The translations under genes and the position numbers were made by a program. The notes under the pieces were generated by a model that saw only the letters and a program-made list of their open reading frames with translations, had not been told where the DNA came from and made no database searches. From Nemertoderma westbladi (lineage: Eukaryota; Animalia; Xenacoelomorpha), in contig JAUCBJ010005507.1 in NCBI GenBank assembly GCA_032718475.1, positions 5,024-69,023 on the forward strand: a DNA stretch of 64,000 bases. The letters run 5' to 3'. The first letter of the stretch is position 1, and each line of letters opens with the position of its first letter. Below, piece after piece: positions 52,895 through 64,000 of the stretch.

Positions 52895-53155
52895 AAAAGT
52901 GAAAAAAGTAAATTTTCTTTGGACGCTAGGCCAGGGATTACGCACAAAGTCTGACGACTTATTTCCAGTGCGGTCCCCCCAGAACTTTACTCCCCAGAGG
53001 AAACTCCAGTACTCATTTAGCTACCACTTAGCGCCCTGGCTGGTCCCTTTAAAGCATTCGTGCCGAAACGAAAACTGCCCTGGCCCATGTGAGGATCGAA
53101 CCCACGACCTACAGGAGATGTGAATTCAATGCAACCACTACACCAAGGTGGAACC
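52895..53155 (-). mobile_element. tRNA-derived SINE
   Basis: A box TGGTGTAGTGG, B box GGTTCGATCC, central aaatgagtac...ggggagtaaag core, gcactggaaataag 3' segment, tttac-like tail. Confidence 0.75.
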
Positions 53156-53374
53156 TAACTACTAAACCTAACCTACTAAATTACTTACTTAGCTACTAAA
53201 TATATAAACGATTACCTAGGCATTTTAACACGACCAAACGTCTGAAGCAGGCCGGTAGGCCGAAAACGTTCACGTACTACTGAACTTACCGCCAACACAT
53301 AAGACCCTCATACTGTTAACAGTTTATTTACTCTTGTATAATTCTTATAACAGTAATATATTGTCAACCTTGCT

Positions 53375-53750
53375 TATTTTGGTCCACACCGCCAAAGCAA
53401 TGTCCTGTGAAGCGGAGGCGGCTCTGATCGAGACCCAAGCTTGGGGGGACAAATGAAAAATCTCTAATATTATAGTATATAATATCTATTGATAGAGAAC
53501 CTTTCTGCAGTTCGGACCTTTGTGGACTTCAGTAAGCATTGGACTCCATCCATAGAGGTAAAATGATGGAGATTATATGAGCTTATGGAATACCAGAAGT
53601 AATAATGACTGGCATTGGATTATTATATTGTAACACAGAAGCTCAGGTAAAGTACTCTCAAACTGAGTGCTGAAACTGAGTTTTTATTAATCCTAACCGG
53701 GGTACCAAGGCGATACATTGACACCATTACTATTCAAATTGTATATATTA
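53375..53750. mobile_element. Degraded RTE-type LINE remnant in two opposite orientations
   Basis: Minus 53380-53495 resembles 48290-48390 (FxGHC region); plus 53515-53735 encodes degenerate FVDFSK..DSIHRGKM and ..QGDTLTP RT motifs. Confidence 0.5.
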
Positions 53751-54559
53751 CGTAATGACAATAGGGGAGGCAACCACTGGTGAAATGACATCGCCCTGCT
53801 TTCTAATACGCTACAGTAGCAGATGCACAGCTTCAACAGTACTGAATAAAGTTGAGGGGGCTGCTAAGGAGCAGGGCCGCCGAGAGGGGTGGGGGGGGGG
53901 GGGGGGGGCATCCCCGGCACGGGATATGCTCAGGGGGGGCCGGAACAGGCCTCATGGGAAATTTTTTTAAACTTAGACTAGGTAAACCGTCGTCTTGTTA
54001 TTTGGAGCCCTTCATGGTGATTAAAATGATACAACTTCGTAAATATTAATTCCAGAACATGAAAATAATTGAACAATTGGTGGACCAGCTTGTTGTATAG
54101 GTGAGTTGATTCTATCAGCAGTCTATTGGTTGTCTGGTTGTCTGGCTCCCTGCATATCAAGCTGACTCGGATAGCCCAGTTGATAGTTGAGGGCGCAAAG
54201 CTGGGAAAGGGCTTCCCCTTCCCACCAATGCTATAAAACAGTGTGTTTTTTTATATATTATTTATTAAGCCAACATTATGGCACCAGTGAAATAAGTAAA
54301 TAACGATCATATAAATTAAAGCACGATTAATTGTTAAAAATATACTAAGGGTAGAGATACTTATACCCAGATTTTTATAATGAAATATTATAAAATACTG
54401 AGAGCGCTTAAAATATTTATTTGGCCCAATCGTTAAGAGATTTATTGTTATTTCGGCAACTAGTAAGGTGATATATATCGGCTGTATCCCCGCAAATCTG
54501 GCAACTGCAATTTTCATCAGGTTCGCAGAAATCTTTTCTGGAACAGATCGCAAAGTGAA

Positions 54560-55804
54560 AGCCATGGACAGAGAAACGCGTTAATACGTGGCGATTTCGT
54601 TTATTTGAATCTGTCCAAGTTCGGTTTGTCAATGCAGGAGAACTCCAAAATTCAGTGTGTATCTCAGCGCATTTTAAATCAATATCTTGTAAATATTTGC
54701 GATACGCGTCTGTTTCCGGTAATTCTAAAGACGTGAAAATTTGAATAATAAGCGGCTTTTCTTGGCATAAGGCGAGCGTAAGTCGGTTCTTGGCGGTTTT
54801 ATGCAGGCAAGCAATACCCTTTTGAGGTAGGTTGACTTAATCTTGTCAAGGGAATGAAGGTTGGTAGTTGACAGCAATGGCCAAAGTTCTACGAAACCGT
54901 ATGTTATGATAGGATAGATCTTCAATTGGAAAAGAGCAACAGCTGTACGAAGGGACAAGAGCTGAGGGGACTTGATACTATGACTAGCCATTAAGGATTT
55001 GCAAACAATTTCAGTTACATGTTTGGTGAACCAGCGACGGTTGAAATAGAACTCCTAGGTATTTATATGAATTTGTGATATATTAACTGGCTTTCCTCTG
55101 AAAGTAAGAGTCATTGGCACATAATTTTCCGTCTCGGCGGAATTTCATTATTTGTGTTTTCTTCAAATTTATTTCTAAACAGTTTTTGTAACACCATTCA
55201 TTTAGAGCATCAAGAGTAGCTTGGATAGCCATTTTCGAATCTGAATATATCAGCAGGTCGTCGGCAAATAGCATTATGACAATTTCGCCAATTAGAAGAG
55301 TTGCGTTTTTTATGAAGTCGACTAAATCCAGTATAAATAGTAGAAATAGGAATGGGCTGAGGGAATCTCCCTGAAGAACTCCTTTAAGCTGTTCTATCGT
55401 CCGGCTTTTCCTTAGACCATCGTAAACCCGAATGTAATTTGCACCAAGTATTGCTTTTATAATTCTAAGAAGTTTTCCGCGGATACCGAATGACGATTCT
55501 AATTTAGACAATAGGATAGATCGGGGCACAGAATCGAAAGCTTTCGAAAATCGACGAAAAGAGCGTAAAGTGGCTTCTTTGGGGTTGATAAATTCGGTCT
55601 TATTCTAGAAATAAATTTTGCTAAAGGGATTTTGGTTGATTTCCCGGGCATAAATCCGAATTGCTCGGAAGGAATGAGAAAAGACAGTAGATTTCGCAGT
55701 CTCCTCTCCACGAGACGGGTTAAAATTTTATACATGGTACATAGTAAAGAGATACCTCTGTAGTTATCGGCGTCCGAACGGCAGCCCTTCCCCTTGTACA
55801 ACAC
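54560..55804 (-). pseudogene. Non-LTR retrotransposon reverse transcriptase remnant (frameshifted)
   Basis: NYRGISLL, QFGFMPGKST, LFVDFRK, GVLQGDSLSPFLF, LFADD across three frames. Confidence 0.9.
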
Positions 55805-57600
55805 GTGATGATGACCTTTGTCAAATGGGGGGGGGGGGGGGGGGTAAATTACACTTTTTCACATCAAATATTAAGGGGGCCAGGATTTTCCCCTCGACGC
55901 TAATATCTGCGGATTACTCCCAAAAATAAAGCTGTAAACTGTTCTACTGTATTTAGTTTCGTCTATTGTTTTAGTGAGAATAACGTGCCCCTGTAGCCTG
56001 CTCCTTTCCCTAAATTTGATAATTTAACATTGAAACGAAATAATAATTCGCCGAGATGGGATTTACGTCGAGTTTTCCCGCTGTCTCTGAACCGCGGTGT
56101 CACAGCATATTATTACATTACATTACAGTAACGCAGTACAGCAGTAGGCTCTATAATATGAGACTATACAATACCAGCAAATACGTACTACCGAAATATG
56201 TATTTTATTGTTTTGGTTAGAAATGCCTGCATCTGTAATCTGTTCCTTTCCACCAATTTGGTAACAATGTCGTTTGTTGTTTTGGTAAGAAAAGCCTGCT
56301 TCTGTAACCTGTTCCTTTCCCTCAATTGGTACCAATATCATTTATTGTTTTGGTTGGAAAAGCCTGCCTCTGTAACCTGTTCCTTTCCCTCAATTTGTAA
56401 CAAATATCGTTTATCAGTTTATTGTTTTGGTTAGAAAAGTCCGCCTTTACTTTTACCCTTTGCATATCTTGTTATTGTATTTCTCATAGCCTATTCTTGA
56501 AGGAAGCGATTATCCGATGGTCAATATCGTCGTCAACTTTCTAAGTTAGTGTATTTTTGTCGGTAAGTTAGTCATCAATCGGGTCGTTTAGATTAGATTC
56601 AAGGGGGACAAAATCTGCGAGAAGCAAGGGACAATATCTGCGCTAGCAGATTTGGTCTGTCGGGCAAAATATGCGGGGTGGGGGGGGGGGGGGGGGGGGC
56701 ATTTTTGCCTGTCACACTAGAACCAACTTTTGTGGAAATTATGAAGCGCATGCCGGAAATCTTAGCAAATATCCACTGACAATAAATTGTCAATACTTCT
56801 CACTCATATCACATACAGTAGGCCTAATATAGTACAGTAATAACAGACTGGCAGGCCTAACTATCAGACTATCGACCAGCAATAATCGTACCTCCCTCAG
56901 CACTCAGTACCATACTGCCATAAGCCCTAACCTATAGCTAGCTGTATAGGCCTACATCGTGCAAGTTAACTGGTTTATTTATGGAATCATTAGGCTAATA
57001 CCGGATAGGTACAGAGGTAGGTAGCCTACCTAATCAAAAACGAAGTTCTTTCATACCTGCTACTGCCATTCAACAAAATTAATAACATTCAAAATTAATA
57101 ATGCCTAACTCCTAAGGTGGTAAGGTTGTCTAACAGTCTAAAGCGAAGATCAACTGGAACGCGATTATTACAACAACTTCCCTAGATAACTTGCAATTTG
57201 AATGTTTAATGTACCAGTGCCGGTACTACCAGTACCGGTAGTAATTGCGTGGCGAAATCTTTTGGATATGTTGCTTAGAAAAACATGCCACTGTAACGTG
57301 CTCTTTTCCATTAATTGCTAATTTAACATTGAGACAATGTATTAATTATTCGTCGAGATGTGATTAGCGTCCAGTTCCCCCCCCCCCCCCCCCCCCCCCC
57401 CGTCTGCCTGTCTCCATTTCCGAATATGACTTTTGGTAAATTTTTCTGTTCCCACTGCCTTGGGATCGGATACAGGGATAGGCAGATAGGCCCAGTAGTT
57501 GGATATACCGGTACCTGATCTGTTGATGGTGTAGGCCAACTGTTAAACCGGTAGCTCCTATTGTTTGTGGGACATTGTAGACGATCAACGGGTGATTAAA

Positions 57601-57642
57601 ATGTCGTCTTTCTTTAACAAAATTAGTAGAAGGAAAGATCAG
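57601..57642 (+). CDS. EEA1: EEA1-like gene coding exon 1 (MSSFFNKISRRKDQ)
   Basis: aaaATG, donor CAG|GTAGGT, phase 0 fits next exon. Confidence 0.65.
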
Positions 57643-57853
57643 GTAGGTAAATAATTTATAAGATACTAATTGCAAATATGTATTTATTATTTATTAGGTC
57701 CTATATTAGTATTTATTAGGTCCTATATTAGTATTTATTAGGTTCTATATTAGTATTTATTATTTATTAGGTGTTTATATTAAGATAACAATTCAATAAT
57801 TACATATGTTTTTATTTCTAACTTAATTACTATAAATATTAAATATTTTTTAG

Positions 57854-58039
57854 GATATAGAAGGTTTTATATGTCCTGATTGCCGTATCGCTTGTTCCTC
57901 AGCTGAGGACTTACAGACCCACTACCTATCCCATGGCGATGTCGCCAACTCGGCAGACAGCCAATGGCCTACAAGACCTCCAGGAGCTGAGGTCAGTGCC
58001 CTAAAGGCCAAGATTAATGACCTTGAAACCAATCTCTTT
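57854..58039 (+). CDS. EEA1: EEA1-like exon 2 with C2H2 zinc finger (EGFICPDCRIACSSAEDLQTHYLSHGD)
   Basis: EGFICP.C...L..HY...H is the Rab5-binding N-terminal finger of EEA1/Rabenosyn-5; following coiled coil (EVSALKAKINDLETNL) favours EEA1; tttttag| and |GTAAGT. Confidence 0.8.
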
Positions 58040-58329
58040 GTAAGTTTGTTTGGGTTATTTACGTTTGAGCTACCGAAGTTGGCGGAGTCTGACACTGTTA
58101 GGGGGGTGGGTCAATATTCGCCAATAGGGCCTGCTATTTGTTGTTGTTGTCAACTGCGTTACCATTTTGACCGGTTAATAAATTTGTCGAATTTACCGAA
58201 TAATCCAATATTACACAGAGATGTTCCTCTCACTATGCATTCGTTATATTATATTTATTGCCATGTGTATCGCATTATTGGGTTCCCTAGGTTACATTTA
58301 CGAGGTTTCTATGGTTTCCCCTTTATTAG

Positions 58330-58503
58330 GAGAAGTCGTCCGCTCTGCACAACTGCAGCGAGGAGATCAAGGTATTTAAATCGAACAAGGAGATGGTTTC
58401 CTCTGAGGTCGTTCTACTCCGTAAACAACTGGTTGAGTCCATAGAGTCCGGACGGCAGTATAAAGACAACTTAGATAAAGTGCAGATGAAGACAGCTAAT
58501 ATG
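58330..58503 (+). CDS. EEA1: EEA1-like exon 3, coiled coil (EKSSALHNC...EVVLLRKQLVES...KTANM)
   Basis: cctttattag| acceptor, ATG|GTAAAT donor, 174 nt phase 0/0. Confidence 0.75.
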
Positions 58504-58538
58504 GTAAATAAAATACAATACTATTTATATCCTCAAGG

Positions 58539-60368
58539 CAGGGACGGACAGGAAACGATACGATACCGAATCGGATTTCCGTATTTCGTATCGCAGTATT
58601 TTCTTCGTATCGAATTTCGTATCGTATTCGTACCGTATCGGTATAATACGAAGTGCTGTGCGAACAATTATTTTTCGTATCGTATTTTCGTATCATTCAT
58701 TTTTTTTATTTTTTATGTTTTTTACAGTAAAACGCCACATCACTTAGTTTTAGTTGTTAACAATTTTTTTTTACCAAATTGCTATATAAGATACCGGTAG
58801 GTTACAGTCAAGTATATTTGTGTGGAGAACTCTAATGGCGCCTGTAAGACATTGATACTACTACTACTAGGTCGAGCGAACTCGGACAAAATTGGTACAT
58901 AATTGGTTTAAGATTTTAATGTAAGGAAATTGGCATGGTGATTGTAAGGACTATTATTAGGTCCCTCATAACTTTGTGCCCATAGTAGCCTCCGTAGCAA
59001 GCAGTGGAGTGATGAAATGTTCAATCGACTCGTCACGTCATATATATTTTATAATTTATTACTGGTGTTATGGGTGAATGAGTGGTTTCATATTATTAAA
59101 TATTTTGTTGGGCACAGCTTTGCAATGTCAGCAGTGACGTACAGGTGGGATCGAACTGGTGACCTCCAAGTTGTAACCATTCAGATATCGGCTCAGGTAA
59201 AAGGTATATCTCGACCCCGATATCACATTCTAATGCTATGCATGGATCACTCCCACAGCTGCTATGCATGGATCACTTCCACAGCTGCTATGCATGGATC
59301 ACTCCCACAGCTGCTATGCATGGATCACTCCCACAGCTGCTATGCATGGATCACTCCCACAGCTGCTATGCATGGATCACTCCCACAGCTGCTATGCATG
59401 GATCACTCCCACAGCTGCTATGCATGGATCACTCCCACAGCTGCTATGCATGGATCACTCCCACAGCTGCTATGCATGGATCACTCCCACAGCTGCTATG
59501 CATGGATCACTTCCACAGCTGCCATGCATGGATCACTTTCACAGCTGCTATGCATGGATCACTTCCACAGCTGCACAGTTGACTTACAATGGGTTATTCG
59601 ATTGATAAAAGGGCGACCTCCAATGTCACTGTTTATATGAAGTTTTGATTGACTGGTTATGTCTGTCAATATTGAGTTTTGGGGCTGATATGGAAACAGT
59701 CGATGATATATCGAGTATATTGCGATACCCCGAACTATCTAGAAGATTTGACATTGATGTGCATAGTGGAACAGGAGGGGGCGAAGCAATCAGAGCGATC
59801 AATTTGTTTGTGTGGTCAGAGATTGTAGGATTTAAGAAGCATAGTAGTTAGAGAAAATGAAACCCTTTTAAACACAGAAGTTATAACGGATATTTGGGAT
59901 CTTAAGATTAATAAACGAAGTATTCCTGAACTATAAGTGCCACATCGGTTTCAAGGTTCCTTATGGATAATGGAGTTGAGTTAGGTGTGCTGAATGCGTA
60001 CTGGAAGGATATTCCGTGAAATAGATTTCCTGTTCCATGCAATAGAGGGTAATGATGTTGATGTAATGATGGACCTGGTCGAAGAAGGTTATAAAGCAGG
60101 GAGGAGTTGAAAGTAGTTTGTATTTGCGTTACTATAGTATAATACAATATTATAGAATTTATTTTATTATTATGTTATGTTGTTGTAAGACACAAATTAA
60201 GTACATTTTTATATCAAGTCTGAAATAAAGTACGATACGAAATCTTGTCGCATCTTGGATTTTTCGTATCATATCATATTTTCTCGAAATTCCATTCGTA
60301 TCATATCGTGAAAAATTGGTTCGTATAGTAGCGTATGTACGTATCGTATCGTATCCTGTCCCGGCCAC
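58539..60368 (-). mobile_element. Degenerate hAT-like element inserted ~35 nt into EEA1 intron 3
   Basis: Inverted ends cagggacggacaggaaacgatacgatac / gtatcgtatcctgtcccggccac with cgtat subterminal repeats; flanks share (c)aagg; remnant YP.L...FHG...AFS resembling hAT C-terminal domain at ~59910-60060. Confidence 0.55.
59235..59575. repeat. 26-bp minisatellite (~13 copies) gctatgcatggatcactcccacagct
   Basis: Direct inspection. Confidence 0.95.
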
Positions 60369-61246
60369 AAGGTGATATCCTACACATAGAGGTCAATAAA
60401 GTGATCTTTTTATCCTCTAGGTGGTGTCCTACACAGTGAAAGGTAAATAAAATACTATTTCTATTCTCTCGGTGGTGTCCCACACAGAGAGGTAAATAAA
60501 ATACTCTTTTTATTGTATAGGTGGTGTCCAACACAGAGAGACGTCAATAAAATACATTTGTTATCCTCTAGGTGGTTTCAACACATATATGAGTAAATAA
60601 AATACTCTTTTTATCCTCTAGGTGGTGTCCTACACAGAGAGGTGAATGAAATTCTCTTTATATCCTCTAGGTGGTGTTCTACACATAGATGGGTAAATAA
60701 AATACTCTTTATATCCTCTAGGTGGTGTCCTACACAGAGAGGTGAATGAAATTCTCTTTATATCCTCTAGGTGGTGTTCTACACATAGATGGGTAAATAA
60801 AATACTCTTTATATCCTCTAGGTGGTGTTCTACACATAGATGGGTAAATAAAATACTCTTTATATCCTCTAGGTGGTGTTCTACACATAGATGGGTAAAT
60901 AAAATACTCTTTTTATCCACTAGGTGGTGTTCTACACATAGATGGGTAAATAAAATACTCTTTATATCCTCTAGGTGGTGTTCTACACAGTGAGGTGAAG
61001 ATGAAATATAATTTTTATCCACTAGGTGGTATCCTACACAGAGAGGTGAATGAAATGCTCTTTTTATCCTCTAGGTGGTGTCCTACACAGAGAGGTGAAT
61101 GAAATGCTCTTTTTATCCACTAGGTGGTGTTCTACACATAGATTGGTAAATAAAATGCTCTTTTTATCCACTAGGTGGTGTTCTACACATAGATTGGTAA
61201 ATAACTTTTATCCACTAGGTGGTGTTCTACACATAGTGAGGTAAAA
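60369..61246 (+). repeat. 51-bp minisatellite (~17 copies) whose unit begins with the EEA1 intron-3 donor sequence gtaaataaaatac...tatcctctagg
   Basis: Period 51 (acacataga 60781, 60832); matches 58504-58538 gtaaataaaatacaatactatttatatcctcaagg. Confidence 0.9.
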
Positions 61247-61370
61247 TACTCATCTATTTTCCCCGATCTAGCTTATTCACCTCGCTCGTTGCGTTCGCTC
61301 GTTAGATAAAAGATTGCGAGTCAAACGGAAAATAATTGTATTTATTACCCAATAATTTGTTTAATTTTAG

Positions 61371-61521
61371 TCAACTGAAATGGCGGCCCTAAAATCGGAC
61401 CACGACGAACTCAAGTCGAAATATGTAACGGCCAACACTGAAATCCGCAACTTGGAACAATTGGTTAAAGATGGAAAGTCATTTAGAGATCAACTGGAGA
61501 ACCATATGGCCTGTCAACCGA
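61371..61521 (+). CDS. EEA1: EEA1-like exon 4, coiled coil (STEMAALKSDHDELKSKY...ENHMACQP); gene continues beyond window
   Basis: aattttag| acceptor, CGA|GTGAGT donor, phase 0 in, open heptad-type frame. Confidence 0.75.
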
Positions 61522-61779
61522 GTGAGTTAAGGGTTTCGCTACACAAATAATGGCAGTGGAAATTATCTAATAATAATGTGGTCCTTTAAGGAGCAACATA
61601 AAATTATATTCACATTTAAATAGCGAATTAAATTATATTCAACAACAATCTGCACATCTACAATTATACCTGTGGTCAACTATAACAGAAACACTAAATA
61701 AAAAGGCCAACATATCAACCATATTATATGAACATGTGTCACGGCGGGAAACTAAAAAATATATAAAAAAACTTTCATG

Positions 61780-62190
61780 TAACCTAAGTTGTAGATTTGT
61801 TACCCGAATCGCGTGGCGTCTGGGGTATTTTTATAACGAACCTGCCTATTAATAGGTCAGGGTAGTTCTTGTCAAGAGTTGAGCCGTTCAAAAACACGAT
61901 GTGTGTATGTATGTATGTATGTATAACCATCCAATATCTCAAAAACTCAAGCAGGTACGCAAAAATTTTAAACTCGACATAAATTTTGGTTGCGCAGAAG
62001 ACTCTGTATATTGTTTGTGGCGTTTCGATCACGGGGACACTGAAAAATAGCGGTTTTGAAAGTTTAAAGTCGAATTTAACTGATTTCAACTCGTCGAATC
62101 TCACGTTCCGATCTCGAGGAACGTCGAATCGGATCGGATCGTCAAGTACTATACTTCTCTGCAGTTTGGGCTATCCATTCAATAAATAGT
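61780..62190. mobile_element. Probable non-autonomous Helitron/Helentron-type fragment with (gtat)n microsatellite
   Basis: Microsatellite followed by atatctcaaaaact...aaaattttaaact motif typical of such elements; ends not defined. Confidence 0.3.
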
Positions 62191-62583
62191 AGTAGCTTAC
62201 TAGGCCCCCATGAGTACCAGCAGCTGGTGTTTCTATCATAAAGTTTACCCAATTATCGCGTTTTCATTTTCGCTCACTCAGGGTACTGGTTTGAGGGGCA
62301 GGTTCGTTTAAAGCCAGCTTGCTGGCTTTCTAGCATTTAAACTAAAAAAACCATCCAACAGCAGGAAAGCTTTTGCGGAAAACTGTTTCAAATGCCACTG
62401 TCTTATTAGGGTATTTTACCACGAAATTTCATCGAAATATCATTGAACGATCTGAACGATCGATATAACATCCATTACAATGTCCAATCCAATAGAGAAC
62501 CTTCACTACTACTTTACTTACTACCAATATTAATCTCGACATTTGCAAGTCATGCTAGTCAACATTATTCCAACAAATCCAGT

Positions 62584-63999
62584 TTAATTGTGGTTAACTG
62601 TTCTATCATTGTCAGATCCGGGTCGTTCAGCTGTTGAATGAGTTCGGTCGGCAGCTGGAGGACAAAATGGCAGATAATGGCAGAATGGCAACCTGTTAAA
62701 CAAGTCAGTCAGACCGAAAGGTAAGTCGTAGACAGTGGCACCACAGTCTGTATCATCGGGGTTCAGTTGGGTATTCCAACCCAAGAAGCCACGTTCTTCC
62801 TTAGTACCGGGGATGGTGTTGTCTAATATGAAGGCAATAACTCCGCCAACAAACATTCCCGTCTTGAGTAGAACCACGATTATCTGATCGAAGTCAGGTG
62901 CTCCCGTCTCAATGATGCTGGCGTTCTCGGGTTTATTTATCCAGTAAGGGATCGCTAGACCCATAACCACGGAGAACCCAAAGACAATAAGGTTCCTTGC
63001 GGAATTCATATCGACGAACTGGAGGTTGGAGACCCCGATAGCGGCGATCATGGCAAACATCGTGCAGAAGACGCCGCCGACGACCGGGTCAGGTATCGTC
63101 ACGAACAACGCGCCGACCTTCCCCAACATGCCGAACACGATCATGATGGCGGCCCCGGCCTGCACGCATCGTCGCGAGCCGACCTGCGTGATCCCGATGG
63201 CGCCGATGTTCTCGCTGTACGAGGTGCTCCCGTTCCCCGACCCGATCGCCCCCGCCAGGATGCACATGAGTCCCTCGATCCCGACGGCGCGGTTTACCGC
63301 GTGGCGCGGCGGCGGGGGCGCGCCGGAGAGTCGCGCGCACGCGTAGTAATCCCCAATGGATTCTATCATCGACGCTAAAACCCCGGAGATCATGCCTAGG
63401 ACACTGGCCATGGAGACAGTCGGCAACCCCCATTGCCCTGGATACGGGAACATTATCCATTTAGCGTTGCTGAGAACATCCGAACGCGTATCTGTGCGGG
63501 CCAGGTCTGCCTCAGAGAACACCTCTAACGAAGTGAGTATGTAGCAGAAGGCCCAGGATGTTAAAACAGCCAGGATCACTGGGAAAAGTTGGAAGGCCTT
63601 GAGGTAAACGAGATGACATCCTTTCGCGCGGGTGTATCCAGGAAAAGGGATTCTGAAGCTACGGAGGTACTGGGAGAACAAAAGAATCAGCGCGATGGTG
63701 AGAAAGGAGATGCCCCAGTGCGTCCCGGCAAAGTCGGCCGCGGCACCGAATAAACTGAGGCCGACCAAGGTTATAGTCGGAGCGATAACTAAAGGGCCAA
63801 TAAACCGTAACATAAATCCAAGAATCCCCGAGAATCCTACGACAACCTGAACCAGCGACGCGACCATTATCGCTCCTTGTATCTCCCGCATCCGAGTTCG
63901 CCAGTCGGGGCCGCCAGTATCGCAAGCGAACTCTGGGAGAGCCAGGATAGCGAACGTCGGAGCCAGGAACGCGAATGTAGCCCCTTGGACTATAGGTAG
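62584..63999 (-). CDS. SLC23A: SLC23 / nucleobase-ascorbate transporter (NAT/NCS2), 5' end beyond window, no introns in visible part
   Basis: LPIVQGATFAFL, PYPGQWGLP, ESIGDYYACARL, NAT motif SYSENIGAIGITQVGSRR, LDNTIPGT.EERG; frame open from 63999. Confidence 0.95.
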   Translation of the reverse strand, partial: LPIVQGATFAFLAPTFAILALPEFACDTGGPDWRTRMREIQGAIMVASLVQVVVGFSGILGFMLRFIGPLVIAPTITLVGLSLFGAAADFAGTHWGISFLTIALILLFSQYLRSFRIPFPGYTRAKGCHLVYLKAFQLFPVILAVLTSWAFCYILTSLEVFSEADLARTDTRSDVLSNAKWIMFPYPGQWGLPTVSMASVLGMISGVLASMIESIGDYYACARLSGAPPPPRHAVNRAVGIEGLMCILAGAIGSGNGSTSYSENIGAIGITQVGSRRCVQAGAAIMIVFGMLGKVGALFVTIPDPVVGGVFCTMFAMIAAIGVSNLQFVDMNSARNLIVFGFSVVMGLAIPYWINKPENASIIETGAPDFDQIIVVLLKTGMFVGGVIAFILDNTIPGTKEERGFLGWNTQLNPDDTDCGATVYDLPFGLTDLFNRLPFCHYLPFCPPAADRTHSTAERPGSDNDRTVNHN

Positions 64000-64000
64000 T

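Noticed and set aside
59017-59640. 207-aa ORF
   Set aside because: Translation of the 26-bp minisatellite.

Overview
Eukaryotic (invertebrate-type, intron-containing) DNA, rich in minisatellites and transposon debris. A single large minus-strand gene appears to span 34566 to beyond position 1. I could chain 8-9 exons with phase-consistent GT-AG junctions. It encodes a large acidic, repeat-rich protein of unknown identity, with a probable alternative terminal exon and a probable alternative first exon. Its first intron (~16.5 kb) holds a 7.3-kb Mutator/Foldback-type element with a nested solo LTR, plus other TE remnants. Next come a ~7-kb GGGAAT-type satellite, intronless ZSWIM7 and TMEM161 genes, SINE/LINE remnants, the first four coding exons of an EEA1-like gene (+), and an intronless SLC23/NAT transporter nested antisense in an EEA1 intron. 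The most striking pattern: four introns in two genes begin with a tandem array whose unit contains that intron's own 5' splice site (71-, 48-, 43- and 51-bp units, ~17-70 copies; the first three also copy the exon tail). All calls were made by eye, with no database searches.
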